DNA from: Candidatus Latescibacterota bacterium
GTDB lineage: Bacteria; Latescibacterota; UBA2968; GCA-2709665
DNA: 64,000 bases
Assembly: GCA_965248435.1 (NCBI GenBank)
Contig: OZ252100.1
Location: 5,024,001 to 5,088,000 of the forward strand
Reading direction: 5' to 3'
A model generated the notes under the pieces. The model did no database searches. It had not been told where the DNA came from and worked only from the letters and a program-made list of their open reading frames with translations. The position numbers and the translations under genes were made by a program. How positions within the stretch are numbered: position 1 is the first letter of the stretch; every line of letters begins with the position of its first letter. Positions 10,385-20,250 of the stretch are shown one piece after another.

Positions 10385-10413
10385 TTGCTAAAGGGGGGCA
10401 GGGGGGATTTCCG

Positions 10414-11304
10414 CTAGCGAATCGCCTCGGGCCTGATTTCACCGAGCGGGACGTCGAGCAGGTCCTCCGCGAAGATGATGTTCCCGTCGAAGACCTCGCC
10501 CGCCTCGAACAGGACGCGCTCGCGAATCCCGGGCTGCTCGAGCTGCTCGGTCAAGTGGACCAGGATGAGGGTCTTGACCTTCGCGTCGCGGGCCGTGGCA
10601 GCGCAGTCCAGATGCCCCGAGCAGGCGGCCGTGATCCTCGGATCGGTCACGACGCCGTTCAGCAGGTGGCACATGTGGATCAGGACGTCGGCCCCCTCGG
10701 CGAGGTTCGTGAGTTTTTCGGTCGGCGCGGTGTCCCCTCCGAACACGATCGACTTGTCTGGCGTGTCCAGCCGGTAGGCCATGCAGATCAGGTGGGGCTG
10801 GGCGTGGGCGACTTCAGCGACCTTGACGGTCCAGTTCGGTTTTTCGATCTGGTCTCCGTGCGCAACCTCGGTCACCGACGGATCGGGACGTTTTCTGGGC
10901 AGCTTCCCGCCCCGCTGCTGGCAGACGAACTGGCCGCCCCGGCCGAGAGTTCTGGCCGCGAGATCGGGAGCGTAAACCCCCGATTCGCTGAACAGCTGCT
11001 CGGTCATGCGGGCCGTCGGCTCAGGGCCGTAGACTTCCAGATCGGGGATCGTGCCGGCGCCCTGGTCCCAGCGCACGAGCGTGAAGTAGCCGTAGTCGAC
11101 GCAGTGGTCGTAGTGCAGATGGGTGAGGAGCAGCGTGTTGATCGTCGTCGGAGAAACGCCCTTCTTGAGGAGGCGCCGGACCGCGCCCGGACCGCAGTCG
11201 ACCAGGATGCTTTCATCGTCGAGTTTAACCAGATAGCTCGATCCGGCGCGGTGGACGAGCGGGGTGGGGGTGCCGGTTCCGAGCAGGGTTAACTCAGTGG
11301 CCAT
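10414..11304 (-). CDS. MBL-fold metallohydrolase, RNase Z/arylsulfatase-like
   Basis: LLGTGTP, VDCG, THLHYDH, GDT motifs. Confidence 0.85.
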   Translation of the reverse strand: MATELTLLGTGTPTPLVHRAGSSYLVKLDDESILVDCGPGAVRRLLKKGVSPTTINTLLLTHLHYDHCVDYGYFTLVRWDQGAGTIPDLEVYGPEPTARMTEQLFSESGVYAPDLAARTLGRGGQFVCQQRGGKLPRKRPDPSVTEVAHGDQIEKPNWTVKVAEVAHAQPHLICMAYRLDTPDKSIVFGGDTAPTEKLTNLAEGADVLIHMCHLLNGVVTDPRITAACSGHLDCAATARDAKVKTLILVHLTEQLEQPGIRERVLFEAGEVFDGNIIFAEDLLDVPLGEIRPEAIR

Positions 11305-11381
11305 TGAAGCTCCTTACAAAAGATGAATGTCGAACCGCAGAATATCGAATGATGAAGGAAAGGCTCGTAAACAGGCGAATC

Positions 11382-11540
11382 TGTCATCCCGAGGAGCCTT
11401 CAAGTCATTGCATTGATCCGAAAGACTTAGAGCAACCGGCGACGAGGGATCTCAAGAGCTTGTTACTCAGTGAATCTTCTCGTGATGTCACAGCTGCTGC
11501 ATTGCCTGCTGAGATTCCTCGCTGACGCTCGGAATGACAA
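11382..11540 (+). repeat. TGTCAT..ATGACA palindromic miniature element, copy 1
   Basis: TGTCATCCCGAG..CTCGGAATGACA ends; related copy inverted at 60587-60745. Confidence 0.85.
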
Positions 11541-11610
11541 AATGGAGCGCTGGGTGATCTGCATTTCATTCCCCAATCCCAAATCCGCAATCCGCAATTA
11601 GATGACTTTC

Positions 11611-12582
11611 TTATCTGTCGACGCCTTTTTCCCAGTGCCTGATCAATGGCTTCAGCTGCTCCCAGAACGCCTCCGGGATTTCGACTTCGCCTGCACGGAC
11701 ATTCTCGATCGCCTCTTCCGGCGTCCTGGCGCCGGGGATCGTGGTGGCGACCTGCGGATGCCGTGTGCACCACTGAAGGGCGGCGGCCACCATCGGAATG
11801 CCGTGGTCCTGGCAGAGGCGCTGGATCTGCGTCACCTGCTCCAGGCAGGGCGGGCTGAAGTTTCGGTCCAAGTATTCGGTGCCCGAGGAGGGACCGGTGG
11901 CGAGGAGGCCGCGTTCCAGGGGCGTGGCCGTGACGATGCCGATGTCGTGTTTCTCCGCGGCGGGCAGGACACGGCGGGCGGCGAACTGATCCAGCATGCT
12001 CCACGAGTCGGCCGATACGGCGGCGTCGAACTCGCCGGTTTCGAGGTAATCGGCATTGGTCTCGGGGTCGTTCGAGGCGGAACCGATGAACCGGACGACC
12101 CCTTCGTCCTGAAGCTTCCTGAGCGCAGCGAAGGCGCAGAATTTGCCCAGCATCATGTCCATCGAGAAGCCCATCGCGTCGTGGATGTAAAGGATCTCGA
12201 ATTTCTCGATCCCGAGCCGCTCCTGGCTCTGTTCCACGTCACGTAAAATTGCGTCGTAGGTAAAATCGCGCGCCATGTTGTGGCTCTGCCCGACTTTGGT
12301 CGTCACGGTCACGCCCGCGGCCAGGTCGGGACGCGCCTTGAGCGCCCGGCCGACGATCTCTTCGCTGCGGCCGGCGCCGTAGAACCGCGCGGTGTCGATG
12401 AAGCTGCAGCCCGCCTCGATGGCGGCGTGCACCGCCTTCACCCCGAGCTCGATATCCACCTGACCGGGCTGACCCCCGTACTCGAGCGCGACCAGATTGT
12501 GGTCCGGAATGCCGACATGCGCGGCGCCCATGCCCACGATCGGGACTTCCAGTCCGGTACGGCCCAGGATCTTGGTTTTCAT
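11611..12582 (-). CDS. Aldo/keto reductase
   Basis: LGRTGLEV, FIDTARFYGAGRSEE, TTKVG, YIHD, IPGART. Confidence 0.9.
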   Translation of the reverse strand: MKTKILGRTGLEVPIVGMGAAHVGIPDHNLVALEYGGQPGQVDIELGVKAVHAAIEAGCSFIDTARFYGAGRSEEIVGRALKARPDLAAGVTVTTKVGQSHNMARDFTYDAILRDVEQSQERLGIEKFEILYIHDAMGFSMDMMLGKFCAFAALRKLQDEGVVRFIGSASNDPETNADYLETGEFDAAVSADSWSMLDQFAARRVLPAAEKHDIGIVTATPLERGLLATGPSSGTEYLDRNFSPPCLEQVTQIQRLCQDHGIPMVAAALQWCTRHPQVATTIPGARTPEEAIENVRAGEVEIPEAFWEQLKPLIRHWEKGVDR

Positions 12583-12810
12583 CTCGATCCCCTTGCTCCT
12601 TGCGCGGTTTTGACGGGGTAAGATAGCACCAGCATTGGGGTGACGCAAGGCCTCAACCGCGGGCGATTGTCCCCACGGGGATGTCTCTGCGGGATACCTC
12701 ACCGTAGGGGCAGGCCCCTGTGCCTGCCCGCATTTCAACGTATTCATTACGCGGACGGGCAACCACGTGTCCCACAGGACACGACCTGAGACGATCCACG
12801 AACGACTGCC

Positions 12811-12903
12811 TTAACCCATGCCTCCGGCGGCCCGCCCGTCGGCTCGGCGTCTTCGATCACGAACTCGCCATTGATCATCACGAAGTCGATGCCGACGGCT
12901 TCT
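12811..12903 (-). pseudogene. C-terminal fragment of an amidohydrolase (D-aminoacylase-like)
   Basis: Translates as EAVGIDFVMINGEFVIEDAEPTG; rest of the gene absent. Confidence 0.55.
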
Positions 12904-12919
12904 GAACGTTGCTACCGGT

Positions 12920-13105
12920 ATCCTACTCTCTTGCTCGCCCAAGAAAAGTTGGACAAGAGAAGGGCGCCCTTCAGGCGCCGGGGAGGCTGACTTTTCCGCG
13001 AACCGTCCCAGTGGCCCTAGAGATGTTTGTGTCCTTGGATCTTTTGTGTTGTCCATAAACGGGAGTGCTTGACGGATAAGCGCGGAAAAGTCCCACCCCA
13101 CCCCA
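12920..13105 (+). repeat. Family A variant with an alternative closing stem and interior
   Basis: Same 5' hairpin and leader; GACTTTTCCGCG 12989-13000 pairs with CGCGGAAAAGTC 13081-13092; 3' part recurs at about 375-440. Confidence 0.75.
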
Positions 13106-13210
13106 CGGGCATCGTGAATGAAATTATATGCGGTAGGAGCCAGCTCCTGCTGGCGAACCTCTGAATGGAGCTTTCATATTCAAGAGGCATATCAAACGAG
13201 GATCACAAGG

Positions 13211-13585
13211 TTCACAAAACAATGCCTCCGGCTGCCCACTTTTCTTGCTCGCCCAAGAAAAGTGGGTCAAAAGAAAGGCGCCGCTCAGGCGCCGCGGGGG
13301 CTCCGGCCGCGGCGCCTCACCCGCAGTGGCATAAACAGTCCACGGCAGGAAGGCCAAATCCTCACCACGTGCTCGCGATCACTGAGGAACCAACCCGCCG
13401 GGGAGGAGAAATGGGCTGGTTGCATCGGAGTCGCACACCGCGGCCCCCAACGGTTTTGAGCAATGACATTGCTTTCGTTCAAACACACGCATTAATGAAA
13501 CTCTTCCCCCTTTGGAAAAGGGGGACTGAGGGGGATTTCAAGATGCATCACGAAAGGGAGTCGCACACCGCGGCCCCGATGGGTT
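13211..13585 (+). repeat. Family A copy 4 with a divergent interior
   Basis: Hairpin 13235-13266, GGCCGCGG..CCGCGGCC arms, GCATCGGAGTCGCACA motif; middle differs from copies 1-3. Confidence 0.8.
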
Positions 13586-13779
13586 TCAGTGAGCCTTTTC
13601 GCGGTGAACACGTCGCATAGTGAATTGGGAAGGTGCCTCTGACGAGATACGAGATACGAGATACGATACCAAGGTACCCGGTACCCGAACCCCGGTACCC
13701 GGTTTTTCCCGAACGACGATCCTGTCGTGTCCCACAGGACACAACCTGAGACGATCGACGAACGACGGCTTTTTGGGGG

Positions 13780-13810
13780 TTGACAATTTCGCCGGTTTCT
13801 GCTTAAGTTT
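13780..13810 (+). promoter_or_regulatory. Sigma70-like promoter of slt
   Basis: TTGACA-N18-TAAGTT. Confidence 0.55.
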
Positions 13811-13869
13811 GTGAATAATTAAGACCTACGTGCACGCAGCTGGGGGTATTGGTGCTGAAGAATCTAATC

Positions 13870-16044
13870 ATGGAAAAGGGAGCATTCCGTCTGGGGCGGC
13901 CGTTCTGGACCGCGGTCTGTGGGGCCACTGTCCTGATCCTGGCCCTGCTGCTCGGCAGCCCGGAGCGGCTGGCGATGAGCGAGCGGCTCGATCCGACCCG
14001 GCACGCAGAGCTGTTGATCTCCCAGGGGGATTATGGCGAGGCCCTCCGGCTGCTCTCCAGCCTTGGGACCGAGGGACTGGATCCCTGGTCCGTGAACCGC
14101 ATTCTGCTCCAGCGGGCGATCTGCCAGAAGTTTCTGGGGCGCTCCGGAGAGGCGCTCGCCGGATTCCAGGCACTCGATGGGAAGATCGAGCATATCCAGG
14201 ACTATCTGACCTTCTGGCAGGCCGAATGTCTCGAGGGCCTGGGCCGGTCGGGCAGCGCCGCGAAACTCTACCGACGCGTGGCGGCGCTTCAGCCGGCCAG
14301 CCGGCTGAAGGAGTGGGCCGTTTTGAGGGCCGCCGACTTACACCTTGCGAGGAAGCGCGCTTCGGATGCCATTCCGCTCTATCGCCAGCTTCTCGGAATC
14401 AGCCACGAGGAGGTGAGGGCGCTCGTCGGGCTGGCGTCCGGGCTGGAAACGACGGGCGATTCCACGGAGGCGCGCAAGACTCGGCTCCGCCTGGTGAGAG
14501 ACTACCCGGAAACGCCCGAGGCGTTGGAGGCCCTCCGCCAGATGGAACCGCTGAAACAGACCCGCGAGCGATTCTACGGTGGGATTGCCTACAGGGAGCA
14601 CAAAATGCTGCGGCAGGCAGCGACCCTGTTCAGCGAGATCGCCAATGCGTCATCCGAGCATCACTGGAGGGGCAGGGCCCACTACGAACTGGGGCTCGTG
14701 CAGTTCGATCGACGTCAATACCGGTCGGCGGAACGGAGCTTCGAGAAGGCCTTCCGGGTCTACGCCGTTCCGAAGGCACTGTTCGAACTCGGGCGCTGCG
14801 CCGTGAAGACCGGACGGGACACGAGGGGGGTAGAGCAGTTCGAGGCCTATGCCCGGCTCTATCCCAACCTGGGAGGGGCGGCGGAGGCCCTGTGGAATTC
14901 CGCGATGGCCTATGAGCGCAGGCGGAAGCATCGGGAGGCACGGAAGCTCTTCTTGAAGCTGGCCGCCCGGTATCCCCGCAGCTCGTTTGCCGACAAGGGC
15001 CGTTGGCGGGCTGGGTTTGCGCTTTTCCAGGTGAAGGAGTATGAGGAGGCCGCACGCGCCTTCCTGGGCCTGGCCAAGAATACGGAGGAAAGCTACCTGA
15101 GGGACCAGGGTTTTTATTGGGCGGCGAAGTGTTACCACCGGATCGGAAAGAAGGAGGAGGCCGCGCTGCGGATGGAGCAGGCGGCCGAAGGGTTCCCGAC
15201 CTCCTACTACTCGGCGCGGGCCCGGAAGGCGTTGGGACTCGATTCGGAGGTCTATCCGACCGTCCCGGAGTGGTCCCCCGCGGTCGAACAGGAAGGCGAT
15301 CCGTCATCCCCATACCTGACGAAGGGCGACATTCTGGCCGCGCTCGGACTCTACCGGCTCGCGCAGAGGGAGTACGCGCGCGCCGAGCGCGCGCACTCGG
15401 GCGACCGGTTCGCGCTCAACCACCTCCTGCAGCGCTACGAGCGAGTCGGCGCCATGAATCTGGCCCTCGGCATCTCGAGCCGGATCCTGAATCTCGAGCA
15501 GGAAGAAGGCGTACCGATGACGCTCGCTTCCTTCCGCAGGCTGTATCCGACCTATTACTGGGGCGAGATCAGCCACGCCGCACAGCAGCTGGATGTGGAT
15601 CCGAACCTGATTCTGGCGATCATCAGGCAGGAAAGCGCCTTCAACGAAAAGGCGCTTTCCCGGGCCGGCGCCAGAGGGCTGATGCAGGTCATGCCGCTGA
15701 CCGGCCGCATGCTCGCGCGACAGGCGCACGTCAGAAACTTTTCGGTCGACGATCTCTGGAACCCGAGGACCTCGATCCATTTCGGGGCGCAGCACCTGTC
15801 GGACCATCTCAGGTATTTTGACAAGACCGAAGACCGCCGGCTGGGTCTGGCGCTGTCCGCCTACAACGCGGGCCTGAACGCCGCGCGGCGCTGGTCGAAG
15901 CGGCTGCCGGATGACGATGTCGATACGTTCGTGGAGAGCATTCCTTACCGCGAGACCCGGAACTACGTGAAGCTTGTCTACAGAAACTACCAGGTCTACT
16001 CTTACCTTGAGGGAGTGGGACCCGATCAGGAAGCGGTGCAGTAG
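13870..16044 (+). CDS. slt: Soluble lytic murein transglycosylase with TPR repeats
   Basis: IRQES, GARGLMQVM, AYNAG, ETRNYVK motifs; helical repeats in the N-terminal part. Confidence 0.9.
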   Translation: MEKGAFRLGRPFWTAVCGATVLILALLLGSPERLAMSERLDPTRHAELLISQGDYGEALRLLSSLGTEGLDPWSVNRILLQRAICQKFLGRSGEALAGFQALDGKIEHIQDYLTFWQAECLEGLGRSGSAAKLYRRVAALQPASRLKEWAVLRAADLHLARKRASDAIPLYRQLLGISHEEVRALVGLASGLETTGDSTEARKTRLRLVRDYPETPEALEALRQMEPLKQTRERFYGGIAYREHKMLRQAATLFSEIANASSEHHWRGRAHYELGLVQFDRRQYRSAERSFEKAFRVYAVPKALFELGRCAVKTGRDTRGVEQFEAYARLYPNLGGAAEALWNSAMAYERRRKHREARKLFLKLAARYPRSSFADKGRWRAGFALFQVKEYEEAARAFLGLAKNTEESYLRDQGFYWAAKCYHRIGKKEEAALRMEQAAEGFPTSYYSARARKALGLDSEVYPTVPEWSPAVEQEGDPSSPYLTKGDILAALGLYRLAQREYARAERAHSGDRFALNHLLQRYERVGAMNLALGISSRILNLEQEEGVPMTLASFRRLYPTYYWGEISHAAQQLDVDPNLILAIIRQESAFNEKALSRAGARGLMQVMPLTGRMLARQAHVRNFSVDDLWNPRTSIHFGAQHLSDHLRYFDKTEDRRLGLALSAYNAGLNAARRWSKRLPDDDVDTFVESIPYRETRNYVKLVYRNYQVYSYLEGVGPDQEAVQ

Positions 16045-16067
16045 GAGGTCACCAGGGGAGTCCGGCC

Positions 16068-16280
16068 GTGGCGGAGCAGGGTGGAAATCGATTCTGGATG
16101 GGGGTCGAAGATCTGTTCATTCTGCTTTCGATCCTCGCCATCTGGCCAACGATTCTGGGTTGGGAAGGGATCGTCTGGGAGGCGCTGAAATACCTGGCCC
16201 TGGTTGGATTGGTCTGGATCTTCCTGCGTCGGGTGAATCGGTATCGGGAACGGCGGGAGGGTGATGGAGGTGAGGAATAG
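16068..16280 (+). CDS. Small membrane protein
   Basis: Two hydrophobic helices, directly after slt. Confidence 0.65.
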   Translation: MAEQGGNRFWMGVEDLFILLSILAIWPTILGWEGIVWEALKYLALVGLVWIFLRRVNRYRERREGDGGEE

Positions 16281-16394
16281 GCCCTCACCCCCGGCCCCTC
16301 TCCCACACGTGGGAGAGGGGAGGACAGAGCAAGAATTTTCCCTCTCCCATTTATGGGAGAGGGATGCCGAGCGAAGCGAGGCAGGGTGAGGGCC
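16280..16394. repeat. CCCTCACCC..CCCTCTCCC/GGGAGAGGG palindromic element between convergent genes
   Basis: Terminal inverted repeat GGCCCTCACCC/GGGTGAGGGCC with two internal hairpins. Confidence 0.8.
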
Positions 16395-16994
16395 CTACGC
16401 GGATTGAAGCGCTTCTTCCACCAATGGACGGGCTGCCCGCACCGCACGACTCCTGTGACTGATCTGATTCTTCTTTTCGAGCGGGACCTCGGCGAGGGTC
16501 TTTCCTAAGTCAGGCATCCAAAAGAGGGGATCGTAGCCAAACCCGCCCTTCCCCTTCGGGGCTTCGAGGATGCGCCCCTCGCATTCACCCGCGGCAGTTC
16601 GGACCGTTCCTTCCGGTGTCGAAACAGCGACGACACATCGGAAGCGGGCGGTCCGTTTTTCTTTCGGCAGACCCTCCATCAGCGTGAGGAGCTTTGCGTT
16701 GTTCTCGGCGTCTGATGCGTGATCGCCCGCAAAACGTGCGGAGTGGACGCCGGGCTCACCCGAGAGGGCGTCTACCTGCAGACCTGAATCGTCTGCGAGG
16801 GCAACGCAGCCGGTCGCCCGGGAGGCGGTGAGGGCCTTTTTGGAGGCGTTGGCTTCGAACGTGTCTCCATCCTCGTCCACATCCGGAACGTCCTCGAAGT
16901 CAAAGAGCGATTTCAGATCCAGCTCGGACCCGAGGATGGCGCGGATCTCTTTCAGCTTGCCCGCGTTCCTCGTCGCGACGACGACCGGTTTCAC
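16395..16994 (-). CDS. rdgB: XTP/dITP diphosphatase
   Basis: ATRNAGK, ADDSGL, GFGYDP, SHR; next to rph. Confidence 0.95.
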   Translation of the reverse strand: MKPVVVATRNAGKLKEIRAILGSELDLKSLFDFEDVPDVDEDGDTFEANASKKALTASRATGCVALADDSGLQVDALSGEPGVHSARFAGDHASDAENNAKLLTLMEGLPKEKRTARFRCVVAVSTPEGTVRTAAGECEGRILEAPKGKGGFGYDPLFWMPDLGKTLAEVPLEKKNQISHRSRAVRAARPLVEEALQSA

Positions 16995-17722
16995 GAGGGT
17001 TCCAGCGGGGTCGAAAGGACGCGGCCCTGGATCGCCGTGATCTGTTGGATGGCCGCACGAGCGAGGGCCATCATCGCGTCCATTTCATCGAGGCTGAACG
17101 GATTACCTTCCGCCGTGCCCTGGACCTCGACCAGCCCCTCCTTTCCCGTCATCACGATGTTCATGTCGACTTCTGCCGAGGCGTCTTCCTTATAGCATAG
17201 ATCGACGACGGGGCCTTTGTCGATGATGCCGACACTGACGGCGGCGACGGAGTCCAGGATCGGGTTCGCCACGATTCGCCCCTCCCGCATCAGGGAGGCG
17301 ATCGCGTCGGCGACGGCGATGTAGGCCCCGGTGATCGATGCGGTTCGCGTGCCGCCGTCGGCCCGCAGCACGTCGCAGTCCACCCAGAGGGTGCGTTCAC
17401 CCAGCTTCTTCAGGTCGACGGCCGCGCGCAGGGCCCGGCCGATGAGCCTCTGGATTTCCTGGCTCCTCCCTTTCACGCCCCTGGTCTCTCTCTGGGTGCG
17501 CGTCTGCGTGGAGCGCGGGAGCATAGCGTATTCTGCGGTCAGCCATCCGGAGTTCCTTCCAGACAGGAAGTGGGGAACTCGATCTTCGACGCTGGCGGTA
17601 CAGATGATCTTGGTATCGCCCATCTCCATCAGGGCGGACCCTTCCGCGTACTTCATGAAGCCTCTGGTGATCTTGACGGGCCGGAGCTCATTCGGGTCCC
17701 GTCCGTCTACGCGAAGACCCAT
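16991..17722 (-). CDS. rph: Ribonuclease PH
   Basis: [26 protein letters not shown]. Confidence 0.97.
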   Translation of the reverse strand: MGLRVDGRDPNELRPVKITRGFMKYAEGSALMEMGDTKIICTASVEDRVPHFLSGRNSGWLTAEYAMLPRSTQTRTQRETRGVKGRSQEIQRLIGRALRAAVDLKKLGERTLWVDCDVLRADGGTRTASITGAYIAVADAIASLMREGRIVANPILDSVAAVSVGIIDKGPVVDLCYKEDASAEVDMNIVMTGKEGLVEVQGTAEGNPFSLDEMDAMMALARAAIQQITAIQGRVLSTPLEPS

Positions 17723-17737
17723 CGAACCTCCTTTGGA

Positions 17738-18601
17738 TCAAAACTTCTGGGCGTGCTGCCTGTAATCTGGGCTTTGGACATTAATAATGTAACACATCTC
17801 GAGGAATCGCGAGTAGATGCGCCCGCCGGCGAGCCCTTTGAGATCCTCGACGTTCTTGTTCGTGGTGATGAAGGTCAGGAGGTTCTCGGTATACCGTGCG
17901 TCCACGAGGTTGTAAAGCATCTCCACTTCCCAGTCCGTGTCCCGCTGAACGCCCAGGTCGTCGATCACGAGAAAAGGGACCGTGCTCATCGTCTCCAGGA
18001 TCGGAATCGCCTGGCCGCGTGTGGGGCTCGATTCGTCGAACGTGTGTCTCAAGGTCTGAAAGAACTTCCGGGAGAGACCGATGAACTTCCCTGGCAGGGC
18101 GCAGTTGAACATCAGTTCGTTGAGCGCGATGCAGGCGAGCAGGGTCTTCCCGCTGCCGGGTGTGCCCCAGAGAAAGAGGCCTCGGGCTGGAGCGGGTGGA
18201 CCGTCCTGCTTCAGGCGTCGTTCCACGAATCGATCGACCAGCGTCGACACCCTTCCCTTCAAGAGGTTCACGCCGGCGATGGGACGCCCGCCCGGATCGA
18301 CTTCCAGAAAGTCGTTCAGGTATTTGTACTGAAACCTGGCCGGGATGCCCGATTCCCGGATCAGTCGGTTGATGTGACGGATCTTCGAACGGTAGGGTCT
18401 GCAGACACACCAGGTCGGCTCCGCCTCCGGGCCGTCGAAGGCCAGGTAGGGGGGACGGCCGCCGCATGTGCACCTGGCCTCGATGTCGGGCGTCAGTTTG
18501 ATCTCGCCGTGCTGACCCGCGACCACCTGCGGGTCATAGACGTAGCCCAGGTCGCCGCTCAGGCCAGGGTGCTCAATCTGATTCCGCGAGTTGTCCTTCA
18601 T
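17738..18601 (-). CDS. DnaC/IstB-like AAA+ ATPase
   Basis: CxC..CxC N-terminus, GTPGSGKT, LVIDDLG, ITTN, RIYSRF. Confidence 0.85.
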   Translation of the reverse strand: MKDNSRNQIEHPGLSGDLGYVYDPQVVAGQHGEIKLTPDIEARCTCGGRPPYLAFDGPEAEPTWCVCRPYRSKIRHINRLIRESGIPARFQYKYLNDFLEVDPGGRPIAGVNLLKGRVSTLVDRFVERRLKQDGPPAPARGLFLWGTPGSGKTLLACIALNELMFNCALPGKFIGLSRKFFQTLRHTFDESSPTRGQAIPILETMSTVPFLVIDDLGVQRDTDWEVEMLYNLVDARYTENLLTFITTNKNVEDLKGLAGGRIYSRFLEMCYIINVQSPDYRQHAQKF

Positions 18602-19742
18602 ACCGGCGCTTGAAGTTTGCGATTCCACGGCCTATGGCCTCCGCCATCTTTTTCTGAAAGGGACCATTCCTGAGACGCTTCTCCTCGGATGGGTTTGAAA
18701 TGAAGCCGATTTCGATAAGCACGGAAGGCATGGCACCCATCGTGCCGCGCATGACGTAAAAGTCGGCCTGCTTGACGCCGCGGTCTTCGAGGTTCTTGAC
18801 CGAGCTTGTGATTGCGGATCCGATCTCTGCCGCGACATCCTGACTCTCTTTCAGGAACTCGCTCGAGAGGAGGCCGAACTGGATCCCGATCAGCTCATCG
18901 CTCCCGTCGTCTTCGACAGAATCCGTGCCGCTTTTCTCGAAACGCACGACGGCGTTCTCGCGTCTGGCCACTTCGGCCGCCTGCTCGGTCCTGGCGTCGG
19001 ACAGAAAGTAGACCTCCGAACCGTTCGACTTGCGTTTTTTGCTCGCGTTGCAGTGAAGGCTGATGAACAGCTTCCCCTGGTTCTGGATGGCCAGTTTCGA
19101 TCGCCGCCGGAGAGAGACGAAGGTGTCCTTCTCTCGAGTGAGAATGGCGGTCATCCCGAGCCGTTTCTCCAGGACCTTCTTCAGCCGTTTGGCGACCTGG
19201 AGGGTGATCTTCTTTTCCTTCGTCCTGCCGGGACCGATCGCCCCAGGGTCCTTGCCTCCGTGCCCGGGATCTATGATGACCCTGTCAAGGCTCCAGCGTT
19301 CGCGAGAGATTTCCGGTTGGGGGATGTCCCTCAAAAGCGATTGCGGAACGATTTCTTTTTGTGGATCACTTTCCGGCGCCCTCAGCCAGGGGTGTCCGGG
19401 CAGGGTCTGAGCAAGTAAGGCAAGAAAAGACTGAGCGGGGATGTGCAGGACCCCATCCCGCAGCTTCGTCTCCTGCGGCATCCTGTGGTCACCATCATTT
19501 ATGACCGCGACGGAAGAGAGCCACGTGAAGACGAACTTTTTTCCTCCCAGTCTCAGCTCGACCTTCCTTTTCAGCGGATGATCCAGGAGGCGTCCGCCCA
19601 GGCTGGCGGCAAGCTCTTCGAGTGAAAAATAGGCGGTGCCGTCGATCTGCACTTCGGGCGGCGGCGCCTTCGTTCCGGCGACCGTGGTGGGAGAGAGCAG
19701 GAGTGCGAGCAGGAAAAAAGAGAGAAGGCTACGAGGGTTCAT
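18573..19742 (-). CDS. N-acetylmuramoyl-L-alanine amidase (Amidase_3)
   Basis: Signal peptide, [27 protein letters not shown]. Confidence 0.93.
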   Translation of the reverse strand: MNPRSLLSFFLLALLLSPTTVAGTKAPPPEVQIDGTAYFSLEELAASLGGRLLDHPLKRKVELRLGGKKFVFTWLSSVAVINDGDHRMPQETKLRDGVLHIPAQSFLALLAQTLPGHPWLRAPESDPQKEIVPQSLLRDIPQPEISRERWSLDRVIIDPGHGGKDPGAIGPGRTKEKKITLQVAKRLKKVLEKRLGMTAILTREKDTFVSLRRRSKLAIQNQGKLFISLHCNASKKRKSNGSEVYFLSDARTEQAAEVARRENAVVRFEKSGTDSVEDDGSDELIGIQFGLLSSEFLKESQDVAAEIGSAITSSVKNLEDRGVKQADFYVMRGTMGAMPSVLIEIGFISNPSEEKRLRNGPFQKKMAEAIGRGIANFKRRYEGQLAESD

Positions 19743-20221
19743 CGTTGTCCACGGCCTGAATGTCTTTCTTTGAACGCGGCTTCCATCTCACGCTGGGCCT
19801 CCCGGCGCGCGATGTCGTGCCGCCGATCGTATTCGCGTTTGCCCTTGGCCAGACCGAGTTCGACCTTGGCCATGCCCCGCTTGAAATAGAGTTTGAGTGG
19901 AATCAGGGTGAGCCCCTTTTCATTCACTTGTCCCCTCATCCGATCTATTTCCCGTCTGTGGAGCAGGAGGCGGCGCTTGCGAAGCGGATCGTGATTGAAC
20001 TGATTGCCCTGCGAGTACTCGCTGATATGCAGGTTGTGCAGGAAGGCCTGACGGTTTTCGACCCTTGCGTAGCTGTCTCCCATGTTGGCCTTGCCCTCCC
20101 GAAGGGATTTGACCTCGGTCCCCCGCAGCTCGAGTCCTGCCTCGATCGTGTCCAGGATCTTATAGTTGTACCTGGCTTTGCGATTCTGGGCGATGATCTT
20201 TATGCCGGCCGGAGTAGACAT
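19739..20221 (-). CDS. smpB: SsrA-binding protein
   Basis: [26 protein letters not shown]. Confidence 0.97.
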   Translation of the reverse strand: MSTPAGIKIIAQNRKARYNYKILDTIEAGLELRGTEVKSLREGKANMGDSYARVENRQAFLHNLHISEYSQGNQFNHDPLRKRRLLLHRREIDRMRGQVNEKGLTLIPLKLYFKRGMAKVELGLAKGKREYDRRHDIARREAQREMEAAFKERHSGRGQR

Positions 20222-20250
20222 CAGGTGTGAGACAGCATTCGGTAAGGTCT

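Noticed and set aside
19739-20250. tmRNA gene beside smpB
   Set aside because: No room or tRNA-like termini; neighbours are protein-coding
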